Source: Verrucomicrobiaceae bacterium
GTDB taxonomy: Bacteria; Verrucomicrobiota; Verrucomicrobiia; Verrucomicrobiales; Akkermansiaceae
NCBI GenBank assembly: GCA_051252135.1
Contig: JBPOGH010000005.1
Location: 32,001-96,000 of the forward strand
Direction: 5' to 3'
DNA: 64,000 nt
Position 1 is the first letter of the stretch; the number at the start of each line of letters is the position of its first letter. Of the stretch, positions 10,561 through 20,095 are shown piece after piece. A program made the position numbers and the translations under genes. Below the pieces are notes generated by a model, which was not told the DNA's origin, made no database searches, and saw only the letters and a program-made list of their open reading frames with translations.

Positions 10561-12885
10561 TCACCCGCCCCCAACCCCTTCGATAATCGGCAAGGGGCTG
10601 ATCTTCTCTTCCCTCGCCCGCTTGATATCAATCATCGCTTGAAACGCGTATTCCAGGTCGCCGCCCAATTGCCGTTCCCCCTCGGAAATCGCACTGCCAA
10701 ACCCGCCCAGATCCGTCAAATTGACGGTCTCAATCGGAACGAGGTAACCGTTTCGAACTTCTTCTCCGATCTCCGCATATCGTGCATCAGCCAGCACCCA
10801 CCCCCGACCTTGGGGAACCTCTTTGGTTCCTCTCTTCTTCTTGCTCCCGCCTTCGTCAAGGGAGCTCAAAAACCGATCATTCTCCGGGGAGTAAAAGACA
10901 TTGAACCGTTCGCGGCTCCTCCAGTAACCGACAAAGGCGTGCCCCTCGGTGAGGAAAATCACCGGATAGACATCAATGTATTCCAGACAGGCCGCAAACA
11001 ACAGGGCCAGGTCGATACACGTTCCCCGCCCGGCCCGTTGAATCTGCGATGGCGTCCGCAATCTCTGCCCGGCCGAACTCGGAGGAGGGTTGATGTAACC
11101 CACCTCAAAATCAAAAACGATCGCCGCCCAAATCGCCCTCACCTGCAGATCCACCGGCTTCAATTCCTCCAAATTTTCAGACAACCCCACTTGCTGGTAT
11201 CCGTCGAAAGCCGAGTCCCGATCATCGGTCAGCGTCGTGAGATGCTTTTCCGCACGATCAATCACCGCCTCCACAAATGGATCACGGGGCAACACAAACG
11301 ACGGTAACCAAACGTGATTCACCTCATCATCGATCCACTCATCCGCGGGACTCCAGGTCACCTGAAAGGTATCCTGATAAACAATCAGCTCACCCACTTT
11401 CACTTCCACAAAAAGACTCGTCCGCAGAGGTTCGGACACCGTCCGGATAATCGACGATGTCAGAGGCACCTTAATATCCTCCTGAATCGGCGTCTCCGCC
11501 TTCTCCAGCGTCCGCCGGTTCCGGTAGGAATGGGATCCCGACCCCAGATGCAACACCACTTCCACCCCCACATCCTGCAATTTCCCTTCCTTGTCTTTGA
11601 TGAGCATGAACTTCTCAAACAGCCCTCCACTGTTGTTGTGCAACAGGGAAAAGTTGAGTTCTTGCTTCACCTCGATGTTGACTCTGAACCACTTCCGCAG
11701 GTCGGTTAACTCCTCGGAACAGATGATCCTCTCCTGGCGCTCCTGGCGCTCTTTCCGGGAATCATGCAGCTGCTGCATCTCCTTGATCAGGGAATGCGAA
11801 CTCCACAGCACAATTCCCGCTCCGGACAGCGACATCGTCGCCCTCACCTCATCAAGAGCTCTCGAAAACGCAGGCAGAACCTCCAAATCCTTCGCCAGCC
11901 CTTCATAGAACTGACGCAAAATCACTTCCGCCGCGATATCATCAATCGTGTCCTGGAATCCTACCGCCGCTTCCGCGCCCCCCGCAACTGTCAGCGCACA
12001 GATTCTCGATGCCGAGTAGTACACGTTTGCGGTGACCAAAAACAATTGACCCGATCCCGCATTCAAGGCCTTGGCCAACTGGTCTGCCGACACCTCCCTG
12101 AAACCGGCCGCAGTGTCCGCCCTCAAAATCACCCCATCTTCCCGCCGGCTCGACGCCTTCTTACCATCCGCAATTTCCGGCTTCAGGTGCCGCGCCTGGT
12201 TGTTGTCGATTCCCGCAAGATGAATAATCCCCGGCTTACTCTTCACAATCGTCTTTCGAAGTTCCTCCAGCGTCGGATTAATGCACCTCTCCACCCGTCC
12301 CGGAAACTTCTCCTCAAGGATCTGAAACTCGTCGTCGTAGGAATAAAAATTCTCAAATGGCTTCGGCGCACACTGCACAAAAAGCACCCCACACCCGGGA
12401 TCCCACGGAATCTGCCCGGCCCCGGTATCAAGATGCCTCACAATCGTTAACCGCTGGTCATTCCCCAACTTGCGCGCCGCGTTGCTCAGCAAATACTCCC
12501 AAGGGATGATCCTTCCCTCCCATCCCACGTCCTCGCTCGAATACGGCACTTTCACCTGAAGCAGGCTCGCCCCCTTCACCAGCGGCCTCAAATCAACCTT
12601 CTTCATCGCCCCCTCCAGCTCCGCATAAGCCTCATCCTTGATATCCACCTCGGCACGTGTCCTCCAACGTGAACGCCGTGACAAAATATAACTCCACCGA
12701 ATCGCAAACTGCTGCAAGGCCTTGCCCAACGGAATCTTCACCGAGGACCGGCCATCAAGGGTATCACTCTCCAGTTTCACGAAACCATTCGACACACTCC
12801 CCTTGGCCCTCTTCTTGGTCGGTGACTTCTTCCTGTTGGCCGCTGCTACTGCGGCCGCCTTTTTCTGTGCTGTCGTTTTCTTCAT
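10561..12885 (-). CDS. CHAT-like (degenerate caspase fold) plus transglutaminase-like domain protein
   Basis: IPWEYL, IIHLAG, VGFQDTIDD and FYEGL CHAT-like motifs; C-terminal QRLRTP..GTCIDLALLFAACLE..GHAFVGYW..IET. Confidence 0.75.
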   Translation of the reverse strand: MKKTTAQKKAAAVAAANRKKSPTKKRAKGSVSNGFVKLESDTLDGRSSVKIPLGKALQQFAIRWSYILSRRSRWRTRAEVDIKDEAYAELEGAMKKVDLRPLVKGASLLQVKVPYSSEDVGWEGRIIPWEYLLSNAARKLGNDQRLTIVRHLDTGAGQIPWDPGCGVLFVQCAPKPFENFYSYDDEFQILEEKFPGRVERCINPTLEELRKTIVKSKPGIIHLAGIDNNQARHLKPEIADGKKASSRREDGVILRADTAAGFREVSADQLAKALNAGSGQLFLVTANVYYSASRICALTVAGGAEAAVGFQDTIDDIAAEVILRQFYEGLAKDLEVLPAFSRALDEVRATMSLSGAGIVLWSSHSLIKEMQQLHDSRKERQERQERIICSEELTDLRKWFRVNIEVKQELNFSLLHNNSGGLFEKFMLIKDKEGKLQDVGVEVVLHLGSGSHSYRNRRTLEKAETPIQEDIKVPLTSSIIRTVSEPLRTSLFVEVKVGELIVYQDTFQVTWSPADEWIDDEVNHVWLPSFVLPRDPFVEAVIDRAEKHLTTLTDDRDSAFDGYQQVGLSENLEELKPVDLQVRAIWAAIVFDFEVGYINPPPSSAGQRLRTPSQIQRAGRGTCIDLALLFAACLEYIDVYPVIFLTEGHAFVGYWRSRERFNVFYSPENDRFLSSLDEGGSKKKRGTKEVPQGRGWVLADARYAEIGEEVRNGYLVPIETVNLTDLGGFGSAISEGERQLGGDLEYAFQAMIDIKRAREEKISPLPIIEGVGGG

Positions 12886-12918
12886 CGGTTCCTTGGACTC
12901 TATTTCTCAACCTCGATC

Positions 12919-13398
12919 CTAATCATTGTTCCCTCCGTCCCATTCCGCCAGAAGCTTTTCCCTAAGCCCGACCGCTTCCGGACTCTTCCCCGCAAATTCC
13001 TCAACCACCTGCCGGGCCTTGTTCCCTCCAGCTTCATCCAGAAGTTCAAGCGCCACCATCACTTCCTCTTCCGCTCCCTCGAGACATCGACCCAGCTCTT
13101 CCACCAGAGGTTCTCCAATCGAAGAGACCACCTCCACCACCATCTGGATCACTTCTTCTTCACCACTCAGAACAAAATCAATCATACGTCTCACCTCCAC
13201 CCCTCTCCCCGCAATCAGCCAGGTCGCATACATCCCCGCCACCGATACCACCCCGTCGTCTTCCTTGATCAATTCTTCCAACTCCGGAAGAATGTCCTCC
13301 ACCCCGGCTTGCCCCAGACCAATCGCGGCCTCGGCGCGCTCATGCCGGTTCGTGCTCCGCAACATCCCCCGCAGCCCGGCCACCAGTTCGGAATTCAC
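12919..13398 (-). CDS. HEAT-repeat-like protein
   Basis: ERAEAAIGLGQ...LPELEELIKEDDGVV helical repeat pattern; GTG start at 13398 overlaps the upstream TGA (GTGA). Confidence 0.7.
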   Translation of the reverse strand: MNSELVAGLRGMLRSTNRHERAEAAIGLGQAGVEDILPELEELIKEDDGVVSVAGMYATWLIAGRGVEVRRMIDFVLSGEEEVIQMVVEVVSSIGEPLVEELGRCLEGAEEEVMVALELLDEAGGNKARQVVEEFAGKSPEAVGLREKLLAEWDGGNND

Positions 13399-14393
13399 TT
13401 CCACGGCATTTCCACAAAGCTGGGTAGATTTTCTTTCCGCCAAACATCCGGATCATGCGACGCCGAATGCCCGCTCGCCTTCATCTTCTTCTCGGTCACC
13501 GGAATCCTTTTCGCCCTCTTCTTCCTTGCCGGATTAAACCACTGCCCCCCGCACGCAATCGCCACCACCGGATCAAATGATGCCTGAATGTTGTAGGATT
13601 TCTTAATCTTCGACCAATCGGCAAAGTAATCTTCCCGCACCGGCGGGCTCAACATCACCAACCGATCCATCTCAATCCCTTCCTTGGTCGCCATCATCGC
13701 AATGTTCGCCCCATGACTGTGGGCAAAAACATTCACCTCCCTCGCCGGGTGCGTCTTCAGCCACTTGTTCAGCGCCTTCGCGGCATCCCGCCTGACCCCG
13801 TCACGGTTCTTCCCCGACCACATGTAGCGATCACTCTTCTCGTAAATATCGGCCCGTTTGAGGTCGGTCTTCACATACTCAAAAAAATCACCCCCCGGTC
13901 GCCACCACTTTCCGTTCGACGCCCACGTCCCATGAATAATCACCGTGATATGATCGACCGTTGCAAATTTCCCCGGGCCCCGCTTCTTCACCGCCTTCGC
14001 GGTAATCTCAATTTGTCCGTCCCCCCAACGATCCGCCTGGTCCCCAACCAACCCCGTCAAATTCCCCAGCGCAACCCTGGCTGCCATGTAAAGCGCCTCC
14101 CCCTCATCCCCCATCTTCGCTGCAAGATTCAGCATCTCCATCAAATCCTCTTCATGAAACTTCTCCTTCGAGATCTGATAGTAGGCATCCATGATCGCCA
14201 CTTGGGTCAAAAGTTCCGCCGTCGGCAGTGCCTCGTCCATCAAAGCCACCACCTTCTCCGTATATTCAAGATAAGGAGCCACCTCCAGAATCCGGCACGC
14301 CTGATAATCCACCCCCTTCTTCGTCTTTAAAGCAGATTTGAATTCCTTAAGCGCTTGGGATGGTTCCATGAGATAATATATTTGTTCTATCAA
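13395..14393 (-). CDS. Alpha/beta hydrolase (lipase/esterase-like) with helical N-terminus
   Basis: IIHGTW oxyanion motif, AHSHG nucleophile elbow, DPVV and GHS candidate Asp/His. Confidence 0.8.
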   Translation of the reverse strand: MIEQIYYLMEPSQALKEFKSALKTKKGVDYQACRILEVAPYLEYTEKVVALMDEALPTAELLTQVAIMDAYYQISKEKFHEEDLMEMLNLAAKMGDEGEALYMAARVALGNLTGLVGDQADRWGDGQIEITAKAVKKRGPGKFATVDHITVIIHGTWASNGKWWRPGGDFFEYVKTDLKRADIYEKSDRYMWSGKNRDGVRRDAAKALNKWLKTHPAREVNVFAHSHGANIAMMATKEGIEMDRLVMLSPPVREDYFADWSKIKKSYNIQASFDPVVAIACGGQWFNPARKKRAKRIPVTEKKMKASGHSASHDPDVWRKENLPSFVEMPWK

Positions 14394-14450
14394 TAACCTG
14401 GATCAAAACCTCAAAGCAAGCTGAAACCCCTTTCCGCTCAGGCCGGATCG

Positions 14451-15797
14451 TCATCTCACGGACTCACCAAAGTTCACTCCGCCCGCATCCCCGTCATAGA
14501 CAAAAGGCTCCCCCGTCTTCGCATTCACCGGAACCGCCGGAAGATACCTCGGCACCAAATCCTCAACGCGCTCAACCGCCACCCCCGCTGCCGCCGCTTG
14601 CTGCATCGCATGGTGTGTCAGCAACTCTCTCCGTGATTGCTCCGCTTTAACCGGCTGCTTCGCCGCCACTCTCAACAAAGGATCCAAGAACGCACTCAAA
14701 ACCAATGCCCGCCCCTCGGACACCCCTTGATCGGCAATCCGAAACTCAAAGTCCCCAAGCACCTGCTCATCAAGATTCTCCCCTCCCACGGTCTCGGGAA
14801 AGGCCGCCATGTATTCCGAGATCATCCTCGCGTAATCATCCTGAAATGTATCGATGTTCATCGTTCTAATTTCTTCCCGCATCAGACGTGAATCGTGCTC
14901 CCCGTCATCAGTGGAAAACTCCCCGACAAACTTGAAAATGTAATCAACAAATTCTCCCTGATCGGCCCCTTTCGCCGCCTCCAGATAGGACACCACTCCG
15001 CCCACCTCCCTGCGAAGCGAATCCATCATCACTTCGGCCGACCTCGGCACCGACACCCGATCCACATATCCACTCACGTCGAACCCCGCTTCCGCCAGCC
15101 CCGCGAGCCTCTGTTGCGTCAGGTTTGTGATCGCCGACCCCACCAGCGAGTGAATAACAAACGGCCTCGATACCGCCTCTCCCATCTTCCCCAGCGCATC
15201 AAAATATTGCCTCGCCCGCTCATCATCACCGGTTCGGACCGCGTGGATCAGCGCCAGGCTCAGCAACTTACTCCCCTTGTTGACATTAATAATCTCAGGC
15301 GAACTATCCATAAACGAATAGCGAAACCGCGATTCCTCGGTCGAGAGCTTCGATAACTCAATGAGGCGATCCAAGGCCTCTTTCTTCTCATCCAAATACT
15401 TCCCAACCATCTCTTCATCCCACTCTTCCCTTCCGTTCAATTGGCCTCTCATTTCCGCAGGGAACCGCAACGCTTCATCCATCTCCTCGAACAGACGATT
15501 GAGTTCATCAATCAAGGTCACCCCTACAGCCAATTCAGACTCCGCAGGACGAAGATTCGGATACTTCAAATACAACTCCTCCAAACGATCACCCGCATAA
15601 GGAAAGTTGGACATCAAATCCTCCATCGACCTCTTCCGCCCCTTCGTCCGGTCTGTCGATACCGCCTTCCTCTCCGCCACCACCACCGTCGCCTCTTCCT
15701 CGCCCGGGGAACTTCCGTCCTTTAAATCCTTTTGCAACACCACAATGACCACGACCAACAACAGCAGGCCCGCAAGCATCATTGGCAAAACTTTCAT
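14451..15797 (-). CDS. Hypothetical N-terminally anchored protein
   Basis: 448-aa ORF with N-terminal hydrophobic helix and C-terminal LVPRYLPAVP..TGEPF motif. Confidence 0.7.
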   Translation of the reverse strand: MKVLPMMLAGLLLLVVVIVVLQKDLKDGSSPGEEEATVVVAERKAVSTDRTKGRKRSMEDLMSNFPYAGDRLEELYLKYPNLRPAESELAVGVTLIDELNRLFEEMDEALRFPAEMRGQLNGREEWDEEMVGKYLDEKKEALDRLIELSKLSTEESRFRYSFMDSSPEIINVNKGSKLLSLALIHAVRTGDDERARQYFDALGKMGEAVSRPFVIHSLVGSAITNLTQQRLAGLAEAGFDVSGYVDRVSVPRSAEVMMDSLRREVGGVVSYLEAAKGADQGEFVDYIFKFVGEFSTDDGEHDSRLMREEIRTMNIDTFQDDYARMISEYMAAFPETVGGENLDEQVLGDFEFRIADQGVSEGRALVLSAFLDPLLRVAAKQPVKAEQSRRELLTHHAMQQAAAAGVAVERVEDLVPRYLPAVPVNAKTGEPFVYDGDAGGVNFGESVR

Positions 15798-15799
15798 CC

Positions 15800-17107
15800 C
15801 TAAACCATCTCCAGCCCCCGCATCGTATTCGTCGATGACGCAAATTTCTCCGCGTCAATCCCCAACCGGTGCAGCATCGAGAGAAACAAGTTCGGCAAGG
15901 GATAATTGTTCACCCGGTCAAATGCCAAATGCTGCCCGTGCTTGAACCCGCCCCCTGCAAAGAGCACCGGCAGGTTGCTCGTGACGTGTGACGAAGCATT
16001 CCCCAAATTACTTCCGTAAAGAATCATCGTCCGATCAAGCAAGGTCGCCTTGTCCTCCGGCGTCCCGTTCAATTGGCTGATCAACCCATCCAACAAGCGC
16101 ATGTGCTCGGTATCAATCCGCGTCAACTGCTCCATCTTATCCGGATTTTTTCCGTGGTGGGACAAGTTGTGGTAACCATCGCTCACCGTTTTCCCGTTCA
16201 CTTTGATCGCCGGCGACGACACCGAATCCAGCATCAGCGTAATCATCCGTGTCGAGTCTGTTTCAAAAGCCAAATGCGCCAGCCGATACATCAGCTCCGT
16301 CTTCTTCATGTAATCAACCGGATCCTTCAGATCGGTCGGCTCGGGCACCGTCGTCTTGGGCTTCGGCTTCCCCTCCCACTCACGCGCTTGCTCCAACCGA
16401 ACCTCCAATTCGCGAATCCCCGTATAATATTGATCCAGCCGCTCCCGATCCCGATGCCCCACCTTCTTCTGCAGTCCCCCCACCTGTCCCGCCACCGCAT
16501 CCATGATCGAATTCCCCAATGCCAGCTTCCGCTGCTGTTCCGCAATGTCCTTCTGATTCCCCTGCAGGAAAAGTTTCCGGTAAAGCCCCGACGCACTCTG
16601 CTCCGGCGGAAGCTGCACCCCCGATCCCGTGAAGGACAACGACCGACTCCCATTCGAAACATTCACCCCCAACGTCAGCGAAGGAAAACGCGTCAGATGA
16701 CCAATCCGCTCCGCCACATACTGATCGAGCGAAATCGTATTCCGAAACCCGCTGCTCGCCGGGCGCGGAGCCGCCGTTAAAAAACAAATATCCGCCGGGT
16801 GCCCGCCATCCACATCCGGATGCGCCACCCCGCTAAAGACCGTGAACTGATCGCGGTTCCCCGCAAGCTCCTTCAAATAGGGCGAAAGGCCATAATCAAA
16901 CCCACTCTCCGTCGGAAAGAACTTCTCCGGCAACAACCCCAGGTTGTTACAAATCCCCAGAAAACGTCGCGGCGCCGTGAGTGGAGCCGACTTCGCAAAG
17001 GCCGGAGACATCGACTCTAACAACGGCAATCCAAGGCTCACTCCCACCCCTTTCAAGAGGGAACGTCGGGAAAGCGAGGACTTCGTGGAGATGTATGGAG
17101 CGTTCAT
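15800..17107 (-). CDS. DUF1552-family protein (Tat-like signal)
   Basis: [16 protein letters not shown]-terminus, SLDQY, YHNLSHH and LPVLFAGG motifs. Confidence 0.9.
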   Translation of the reverse strand: MNAPYISTKSSLSRRSLLKGVGVSLGLPLLESMSPAFAKSAPLTAPRRFLGICNNLGLLPEKFFPTESGFDYGLSPYLKELAGNRDQFTVFSGVAHPDVDGGHPADICFLTAAPRPASSGFRNTISLDQYVAERIGHLTRFPSLTLGVNVSNGSRSLSFTGSGVQLPPEQSASGLYRKLFLQGNQKDIAEQQRKLALGNSIMDAVAGQVGGLQKKVGHRDRERLDQYYTGIRELEVRLEQAREWEGKPKPKTTVPEPTDLKDPVDYMKKTELMYRLAHLAFETDSTRMITLMLDSVSSPAIKVNGKTVSDGYHNLSHHGKNPDKMEQLTRIDTEHMRLLDGLISQLNGTPEDKATLLDRTMILYGSNLGNASSHVTSNLPVLFAGGGFKHGQHLAFDRVNNYPLPNLFLSMLHRLGIDAEKFASSTNTMRGLEMV

Positions 17108-17116
17108 AAATGCCGG

Positions 17117-19687
17117 TTATTTGTTGCGGAACAAGGGTGACTGGATGACTTCGTGAATAAGCGTGCGGATACCATACCCTGAATCAGCACACTTGTTGAG
17201 AATTTCTTCTAGGACCGGACGATCACTAAAACGCACCGTCGTCCCCGTCGCATAGGTGATCAATTGCGTCGCCAGATTCCGCGCGATCGCCCGTTCATCT
17301 CGAAGCATCAATTTCTTAAAGGAACGAATATCCGAAAATGGATCCCCGTTCGCGAGCTGCCCGCCCGAATCCACCGGCAGGCCCAGATGAAACGCAAACG
17401 GCTGCCCGTTCTTCCCATACCCTTTCACCAAATTCTCCTTCGCACCAAGCGCCCGATATCGATCCCGCCACGCTCCAAAAACATCAAACGACTCCAGCGC
17501 AAACCCCGGAGGATCAATCGACTTGTGACAGCTGTTGCAACTCTCCACCTCGCGATGCTTCTCCAGCTGCTGCCGAATCGTTTTCGCCCCCCGAATATCC
17601 GGCTCCACCGCCGGAGTCCCCGGTGGCGGGGGGGGCACCTTCTGACCGAGCAATCGCTCCAGTATCCAGTTCCCCCGAATCACCGGCGAGGTCGTCGTCC
17701 CGTTTGCCGTCACCTTCAGCACACTCGCCATCGTCATCAACCCGCCCCGCGGCGAGTCCTCCGGCAGCGTCACCTTCTTCAACGCCACCCCGTGCACTTC
17801 GGGAACGCCGTAGTGCCAACCCAAATGCTCATTCAAAAAGGTAAAGTCACTATCGATCAAATTCCGCGCCGGCATATCAGCCCGAACCAACTCGCTAAAA
17901 AACAACCTCGTTTCATCCAACGCCGACTCCGTTAGCAAGTCATCCAGGTAGTAATCCGGATACAGCGTCGCATCCGGCGTGCTCCCGTGAATCTCACGCA
18001 AATCGAGCCACGAATCCAAAAACGCGTTCACAAATTGCGCCGACTTCGGACTCTCAAGAAGCCGCTCCGCTTGCTCCCGTAATCTCTCATCACCCGTCAG
18101 TCTCCCCTCCTCAGCCACCGTCCGCAGCTCCTCATCCGGCGCGGAATTCCAAAGGAAATACGAAAGCCGCGAAGCCAACGAATGGTCATCCAACTCCCCC
18201 ACCGGCTCCTCAAAACACAAAAAACCCGGCGAACAAAGCACCGCCGTGTAGCCCGCAATCAGAGCATCCGAAAACGTACTCCCGGTCGAAAGCGCCGATT
18301 CAATCACCGGCAAAAATTGCGCCGTATCCTCCTCCGTCGCCGGACGGCGATACGCCTTTCCAATGAAGTTCGCCAGGAAGCGCTTCGACTCCCCCGCCAC
18401 ATCCTCCACGCTGATCACCCCTTTCTCAGGAACCTCCCTCGGTCGATTGATCGAATAAGTCCCAAAGAGCAACTGATGCCCCGCCGGCGGCCACACCTCA
18501 TTAAAAGGCCCCTCAACTTCCATCCACCGATACGCCACTCCCGGAATCCCCTCCAGCGTCGCCAGCGGATTATGAAATGGCCCCGGTGGCCTCGATCGAA
18601 ACAGCCGCGCCGCATCCGGCCCGATGAACTCTCCCCGTTTCAGATGGGTTTCTATCTCAACCACTTTCGCCTCCGGAAAGACATCCACCGATCCCAGCTT
18701 CCGCTGACTCCGGCTCGAGATCGCATACAGACTCACCGGCTCATCACGCTTCCCCGGAAACGCCTTCCCCCGGTCCGCATCAATCCAGTTCTTCCGGTCA
18801 ATCGCTCCCGCCGTGAAGGAATACGCCATCAACCGAATCTTGTAGAACCCGTCAAAAGACGCCTTAAACTGACTGAAGCGCGGCTGAATCGGCTCATAAC
18901 TGCTCGCCAACACCCCCAGCGCCTCCAGCTCCCGTTTCTCGGGATCACTCTCCCCCACTGTCATCGGCTCCTTCTTGTCAATCACCCCCGGCTGCGCCTC
19001 CGTCCCCAACAGCGGAATCATCGCCCGATACGCCGAACTGTTGAACTCGTTGTAAAACACCCTCCCCGCCATCCCTCCCTGCTCCCGCGCATAGAATCGC
19101 CGCACCGTGTGTTCATGCTTCCCGTTCCCCGGCGCAATCACCGCCCGCAGCGCATGATCCGCCGCCTCCATGTAGCGCGCCATTTGCACATGGGAAATAT
19201 CGAGCGCCTCACCCGACTTGCTAAACCGATGGGACTTCCCGTCATCCGGCAAAATCTCCTTCAAATCCAACCACGGCGCCGACAGCAAATCCCGCACCGT
19301 ATTCTCATACTCCACCCGGTTCATCCGCCGCCATGTCGACCGCCCTTCGGTCAGATCTTTCGCCCGCTCCGCCTCCGTGATCATCCGGGACAGCTCACTC
19401 AAAAACGGCTCCCTCTCCTCCTCCGGTGGCCTCTTCTTTTTCTTCGGCGGCATCTCCCCCGCCTCCAGTCGATCATGCACCTTGATCCAAATCTCCATCA
19501 TCGACGGCTCATCAAAACTCTGCCTCAACTCTTCCAAATTCAGTTCCCCCTTCTGCGTCGCCCCATCATGGCAATCGAAACAATGGTCTTCCAAAAACGG
19601 CGTGATCTCAGCCGCGAGAAATGACGATCCCGCCATCGCAAGAAAGGACGTGAAACAGGCCACGGGAGCGCGAGAGGAAATCATCAC
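17117..19687 (-). CDS. DUF1592/DUF1588/DUF1587-type PVC cytochrome c protein
   Basis: CFDCH and CNSCH heme motifs, RRMNRVEYENTVRDL, ASRLSYFLWNSAPD, TSPVIRG. Confidence 0.9.
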   Translation of the reverse strand: MMISSRAPVACFTSFLAMAGSSFLAAEITPFLEDHCFDCHDGATQKGELNLEELRQSFDEPSMMEIWIKVHDRLEAGEMPPKKKKRPPEEEREPFLSELSRMITEAERAKDLTEGRSTWRRMNRVEYENTVRDLLSAPWLDLKEILPDDGKSHRFSKSGEALDISHVQMARYMEAADHALRAVIAPGNGKHEHTVRRFYAREQGGMAGRVFYNEFNSSAYRAMIPLLGTEAQPGVIDKKEPMTVGESDPEKRELEALGVLASSYEPIQPRFSQFKASFDGFYKIRLMAYSFTAGAIDRKNWIDADRGKAFPGKRDEPVSLYAISSRSQRKLGSVDVFPEAKVVEIETHLKRGEFIGPDAARLFRSRPPGPFHNPLATLEGIPGVAYRWMEVEGPFNEVWPPAGHQLLFGTYSINRPREVPEKGVISVEDVAGESKRFLANFIGKAYRRPATEEDTAQFLPVIESALSTGSTFSDALIAGYTAVLCSPGFLCFEEPVGELDDHSLASRLSYFLWNSAPDEELRTVAEEGRLTGDERLREQAERLLESPKSAQFVNAFLDSWLDLREIHGSTPDATLYPDYYLDDLLTESALDETRLFFSELVRADMPARNLIDSDFTFLNEHLGWHYGVPEVHGVALKKVTLPEDSPRGGLMTMASVLKVTANGTTTSPVIRGNWILERLLGQKVPPPPPGTPAVEPDIRGAKTIRQQLEKHREVESCNSCHKSIDPPGFALESFDVFGAWRDRYRALGAKENLVKGYGKNGQPFAFHLGLPVDSGGQLANGDPFSDIRSFKKLMLRDERAIARNLATQLITYATGTTVRFSDRPVLEEILNKCADSGYGIRTLIHEVIQSPLFRNK

Positions 19688-19746
19688 AAGGGAATCAAGT
19701 GTTTACGACCTCACCCTTCCCCGTTCTTTCACAATCAGACATTCCC

Positions 19747-19968
19747 TCACCTCCCCTGATTCCATTCATGCAATTCATCCACGTCGATTCGATCCTCGTC
19801 CCGTGTCTTCTGCCAATGCCGTCTCTCCAACCCACCCCAATCTTCCGTATCCGTTTTCCCCTTGCGCGCCTGGGCATTCTCAAACGCCTCTTCGTCCGGC
19901 TCAATGGAAGCGCAGGAGGAAAACAAAACTCCTGCACCGGTCATCAGTATTCCAATTTCCCGTCTCAT
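19747..19968 (-). CDS. Small hypothetical lipoprotein
   Basis: MRREIGILMTGAGVLFSSC lipobox-like signal; 73 aa filling the intergenic gap. Confidence 0.5.
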   Translation of the reverse strand: MRREIGILMTGAGVLFSSCASIEPDEEAFENAQARKGKTDTEDWGGLERRHWQKTRDEDRIDVDELHEWNQGR

Positions 19969-20095
19969 CCCTCCCATGCTGAAGGGCCAAGGCCCCGAAC
20001 AGCAACGCAAACTTCCACATTTACTCCCGTAGTCCTCCTCTCTACAAGTTGTCCTACATCTTATGCTGTTGCAGTATGGGGCCTTCCCTCCCTTC

